Part shown: positions 60,380 through 64,000 of the stretch, one piece after another
How positions within the stretch are numbered: position 1 is the first letter of the stretch
Layout of the letters: every line of letters begins with the position of its first letter
NCBI GenBank assembly: GCA_043228905.1
Contig: JBHGNT010000012.1
Location: 17,980,001-18,044,000, forward strand
Reading direction: 5' to 3'
Origin: Azolla caroliniana
Lineage: Eukaryota; Plantae; Polypodiophyta
Length of the DNA stretch: 64,000 nt
The notes under the pieces: model-generated
Database searches by the model: none
What the model saw: the letters and a program-made list of their open reading frames with translations, nothing else
What the model was told of the DNA's origin: nothing
Program-made: the position numbers and the translations under genes

Positions 60380-62707
60380 GACCCGACTATGTTGAAACCA
60401 GGAATGACACAATACACCCCATTCAACATGTCGGCAATGTCCCATTCGGCGAAGAAGGGAATCAAACCTACATAAAAAATGTCTTACATGTTCCAACAAT
60501 AATGAAGAATCTGGTCTCAGTTGGCCAGATCGTGGAACAAGTCATGCAAGTTCGGTTCAACGATGAAGGGTGCTTCATCAAAAAGGAAGGCCGAATTATC
60601 GCTCGCGGTCGAAGACACGGCTGAATGTTCATCCTTGAATCGAACGAGGTGAAGTCGGTCATGTTCACAAAGACCTCAAAGTTGAAACTGTCTTGAAATT
60701 GTGACACAAACGAATTGGCCACATCAATCTCCAAAAGCTTAAAGGAATACAGTCGAAAGGAGTCATAATCAGACTCCCAACATTTTTCGAAAAGGAGATA
60801 GTTGGTGTATGTGAAGCCTGCCAATTCGGCAAACCACACCGACAACCATTCCCAAAAGAGAGGAATGTGACCAAAGGGATCCTGTATGTGGTACATTAAG
60901 ATGTATTGGCATTCGGTGGTTGTTGATACTACGTCACATTCATCGACGACTTCTCTAGGCACACCTGGATCTACACGATGTGACAAAAGAGCGGTGTAGC
61001 GGTGTTCAAACACTTCCAAAAGTTCAAGAATGAAGTGGAAAAGACAACCGACTGGCATGTCTGATGCCTTCAATCATATGGGGGCAATGAATATTTCTCT
61101 GATGCCTTCACAACATTCCTTCGACAAGAAGGAATTCGACAAGAATTTAGATGCCAACAAACACCTCAACAGAACAGTGTAGCCAAACAGAAGAATTAGG
61201 ATATACTCAAGGTTGCACGGGCAATGATGAATGAGAAACATCTGCCGAAATCGTATTGGGTTGAAGCGGCGAACACGACCTTCTATCTAATGAACTAATG
61301 CACGACATCCGAAGTGCATGATATCACCCCCTAAGAAAAGTTCTACAAAAAGAAGCCGAACTTGTCCCACGTCCGGATATTTGGCTCGATCGCATTTGTA
61401 CACATTCCCGATGATAAGCAGCAAAAGCTCGATCCGAAATCGGAGAAGTGTATCCTTGTGGAGTACTCGCTCGAACAGAAGGGGTATAAGTGCTTCAACC
61501 CATCCACCAAAAAGGTGTGAGTGAGCAAGGATGTCGTATTCATCCGATCATCCAATCAAAACCGATTTCGATAATGCCTCGGAGGAGGACGACCGACTAA
61601 GGCTCAAATAAGAAGAGAGTCCAGTCTCAACCAGGTTGAGTGGACCATAGGAGCCCCCGAGTGACCAAAGCATGTCACGGTCGAGTCCGAAGATGGACAA
61701 AGGGAAGGCCAAAATGCCTGAGTACGAAGACTCTGTGGGAATCGAATCGAAACACTCACCCGATAGTGAGTTTAGTGGCTTGGATTTATCCGTCATACCA
61801 AGGGCCGAGAAGATGAACACAAAAATTAATGCACGAACTACGGTGAGCGAGTCGAATTCCTCAGTGCTTCTAACATTGTTGTGCGACATGTAGGTTTCAG
61901 GAGCCGGCTTGTCGAATGAGGGGGAGCATTTGTTGGAGATAAAGCCGCATTTTGAAGGATCTGGGCATTCCCATCAAGGATCCGATTGTCCTATATTGTG
62001 ACAACATGAGCAGTATCTACCTAGCTCGGAACCCTGTATTCCACGTGCGGACTAAACATATCGAAGTTCACTACCACTTCATCCGAGAGTGCATTCAAGT
62101 TGGAGATGTCGATTTATAGCACAACAACACGAACCTTTAGGTGGCTGACATCTTCACAAAAGCCGTGGGTATCGACAAGTTGCGGAAGTTCGCGACGAGC
62201 CTTGGTCTCTCGCTCACCGACTAGTTGTGCCTGAGAGGGAGTACCGAAAAATAATAGTAGTCGATCAGTCGATCGAAGCTAACTAGAAAAGTCGAAGTAC
62301 GATGATAATCGAGCCGAACAAGGAGCAAGCCGTGTCGACTAACCTTTCGAAAGCCGATGCATCAGTCGAATCAAAGTTTTTCAAGAATCGAACCAAACCA
62401 ACTTTTCAACATCCGCAAGTTGTGTTCGAAGGGGTGTGTTGAGAACCGAACTCAACTTCCCATAAAGATAGTGTTCACGCTAGCCAATGGACATCTTACG
62501 AGGCTAGTATTGTCAATAGTAGAAAGGACAGTTGCCCTTAGAGACTAGTTGGTATTTAAACCAACCCCTTGTAACTTAGTTGTCGTTGGTCATTCTTATT
62601 TTTCTTGTAATACAGTTTTTTGTTTTTTGTAACCTTGCATTCTCTCTCTCTCTCTCTCTCCACACACACACGCACGCACACACAGTTCTTCCACCCGATT
62701 CCTTACA
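60380..62707 (+). mobile_element. 5'-truncated, internally deleted Ty1/copia element with its 3' LTR
   Basis: Degenerate GAG-pre-integrase (HKRIGHIN..CEACQFGK), integrase (TFIDDFSR, TPQQN.VA) and RNase H end (LYCDNMSSIYLARNPVFHVRTKHIEVHYHFIRE); most of RT is missing. Purine tract GAAGGGG before an LTR TGTTG...TTACA at 62437-62707. Confidence 0.88.
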
Positions 62708-64000
62708 ATAGCAATAGTGCAAGAAACAAAACAAGAATTGACAATATTGCTTTTGGATTTTGAGAAAGCATATGACAGAGTCGATTGGAATTTCTTATAT
62801 GAAGTTATGGGTCATCTAGGTCTTCCAAGTGACTATGTTAAGGTTGTTTTTGCATTATATAATTCCACATCTAGTCGAGTTCTTGTTGGAGGAGCACTAG
62901 GTAATACTTTTTCAATTACTAGATTGGTGACACAAGGATGTCCTTTGGCTCCATGTTTATTTCTATTTGTGGGAGAAGCCTTTAGTGCATTCTTGCATAA
63001 GAATAGGTTATCTATTAAAGGAATACAATTGCCAAGTGTGGAGGAGGCTATGTTAGAGTGTGAATTTGCAAATGATACAACATTATACGTTGTAAGATAT
63101 GACAGAAATCTCTATAATGTGCAAAATGTGATCCATGACTTTTGTGATGCTTCAAGTGCTATTATTAATTGGCATAAATTAGTGGGATTTTGGGTTGGGG
63201 AAGGTCTTATTCCTACTTGGTGTCCAGACAGTGGATTCCGATGGATACCAAAGGGCTCTCTTGTGAGATATTTAGGGTGCCAAGTGGGAATTAATCTTCC
63301 TCTAGAAGCTAATATACAACCATTACTACTTTCTTTGAGGAAGAAATTGATTTTCTGAAGTACTAAGAATTTGTCACTTGCGGGGAGGCTAGTTATTTCT
63401 AATCAAGTATTACTCTCCTCAATGTGGTATATTCTATCCTCTTGGTTATTCTCCAGATCTTTGTTGTTAAAGTTACAGAGATTGATTAGAAATTTTTTAT
63501 GGGGATCTACTGATTTTAAGAATGTTAGACCAAATGTAGCTTGGAAAACTATTATATCGCCGACTTCTCAAGGGGGTTTATGTTTGGTAGATCCTCCGAT
63601 GAAATGTAAGGAATTATTGGCAAAAGTTATAGTACGAGGATTACTGCCAGGAAATGAGCCTTGGAAGATGCTTCTTCAGTTGCGAATGAAAGAGGTCTTC
63701 CCGAAAACTAGAGGTGAATGGTCAAGGTCTCTCAGATAGTGGTTTATTCCTAACTTCCATTAGCATAAGATAGTGTTTCAAAATGATAGATTCTTCGTTG
63801 CGATAAAGCGAGCATGGTGGTCCATAATGGATAATTTGCAACAATTCCAACCCACTTCGATGGATGAATGGTTACATCAACCCTTGGTTCGGAATCTTTT
63901 ATTTCTAGATGTTGAAGGACCTATGTTGGAGAGGAGAGTCACATTAAATTGGGCTCAAGTGGATTCATCTTTTGCTTCATCACTTAGTAATTAGCAACAA
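62708..64000 (+). mobile_element. L1-clade LINE ORF2 (reverse transcriptase) fragment, decayed, running off the window
   Basis: LLLDFEKAYDRVDW, QGCPLAP.LF, EFANDT (FADDT), VRYLG, LSLAGRLV..NQVL, RNFLWG; in-frame stops present. Confidence 0.9.

Noticed and set aside
22804-62707. Idea that the copia gag piece (22.8-23.9 kb) and pol piece (60.4-62.7 kb) are two halves of one element split by an inversion
   Set aside because: LTR similarity is only loose, and the intact gene surrounding the first piece argues against a breakpoint there; independent insertions are simpler.

Overview
Eukaryotic land-plant nuclear DNA with GT-AG introns and TE-filled introns and intergenic space. A seed-free vascular plant such as a fern is plausible but cannot be proven here. 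Intact genes: a multi-exon UFL1 (UFM1 E3 ligase) on the minus strand that runs off the left edge; a divergently transcribed Tify/PHD/GNAT (IDM1-family) chromatin gene at 18510-30176; an intronless VQ-motif gene; and an intronless, compact MED26/TFIIS-N gene. Pseudogenes: a GH17 beta-1,3-glucanase first exon and an inverted VQ fragment. Mobile DNA: a full-length decayed Ty1/copia element (LTRs, PBS, PPT, TSD) inserted in a minisatellite, a solo LTR, further copia fragments, two RTE-like LINE copies, an L1 fragment and an hAT-type MITE with an 8-bp TSD. The most striking element is a ~7.2-kb Mutator-like transposon sitting in a (TATG)n microsatellite. It has long TIRs, internal tandem arrays of its own terminal motif, a possible spliced accessory gene, and a 974-codon transposase frame broken by two stops. 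All exon coordinates were read by eye from splice consensus and frame continuity.
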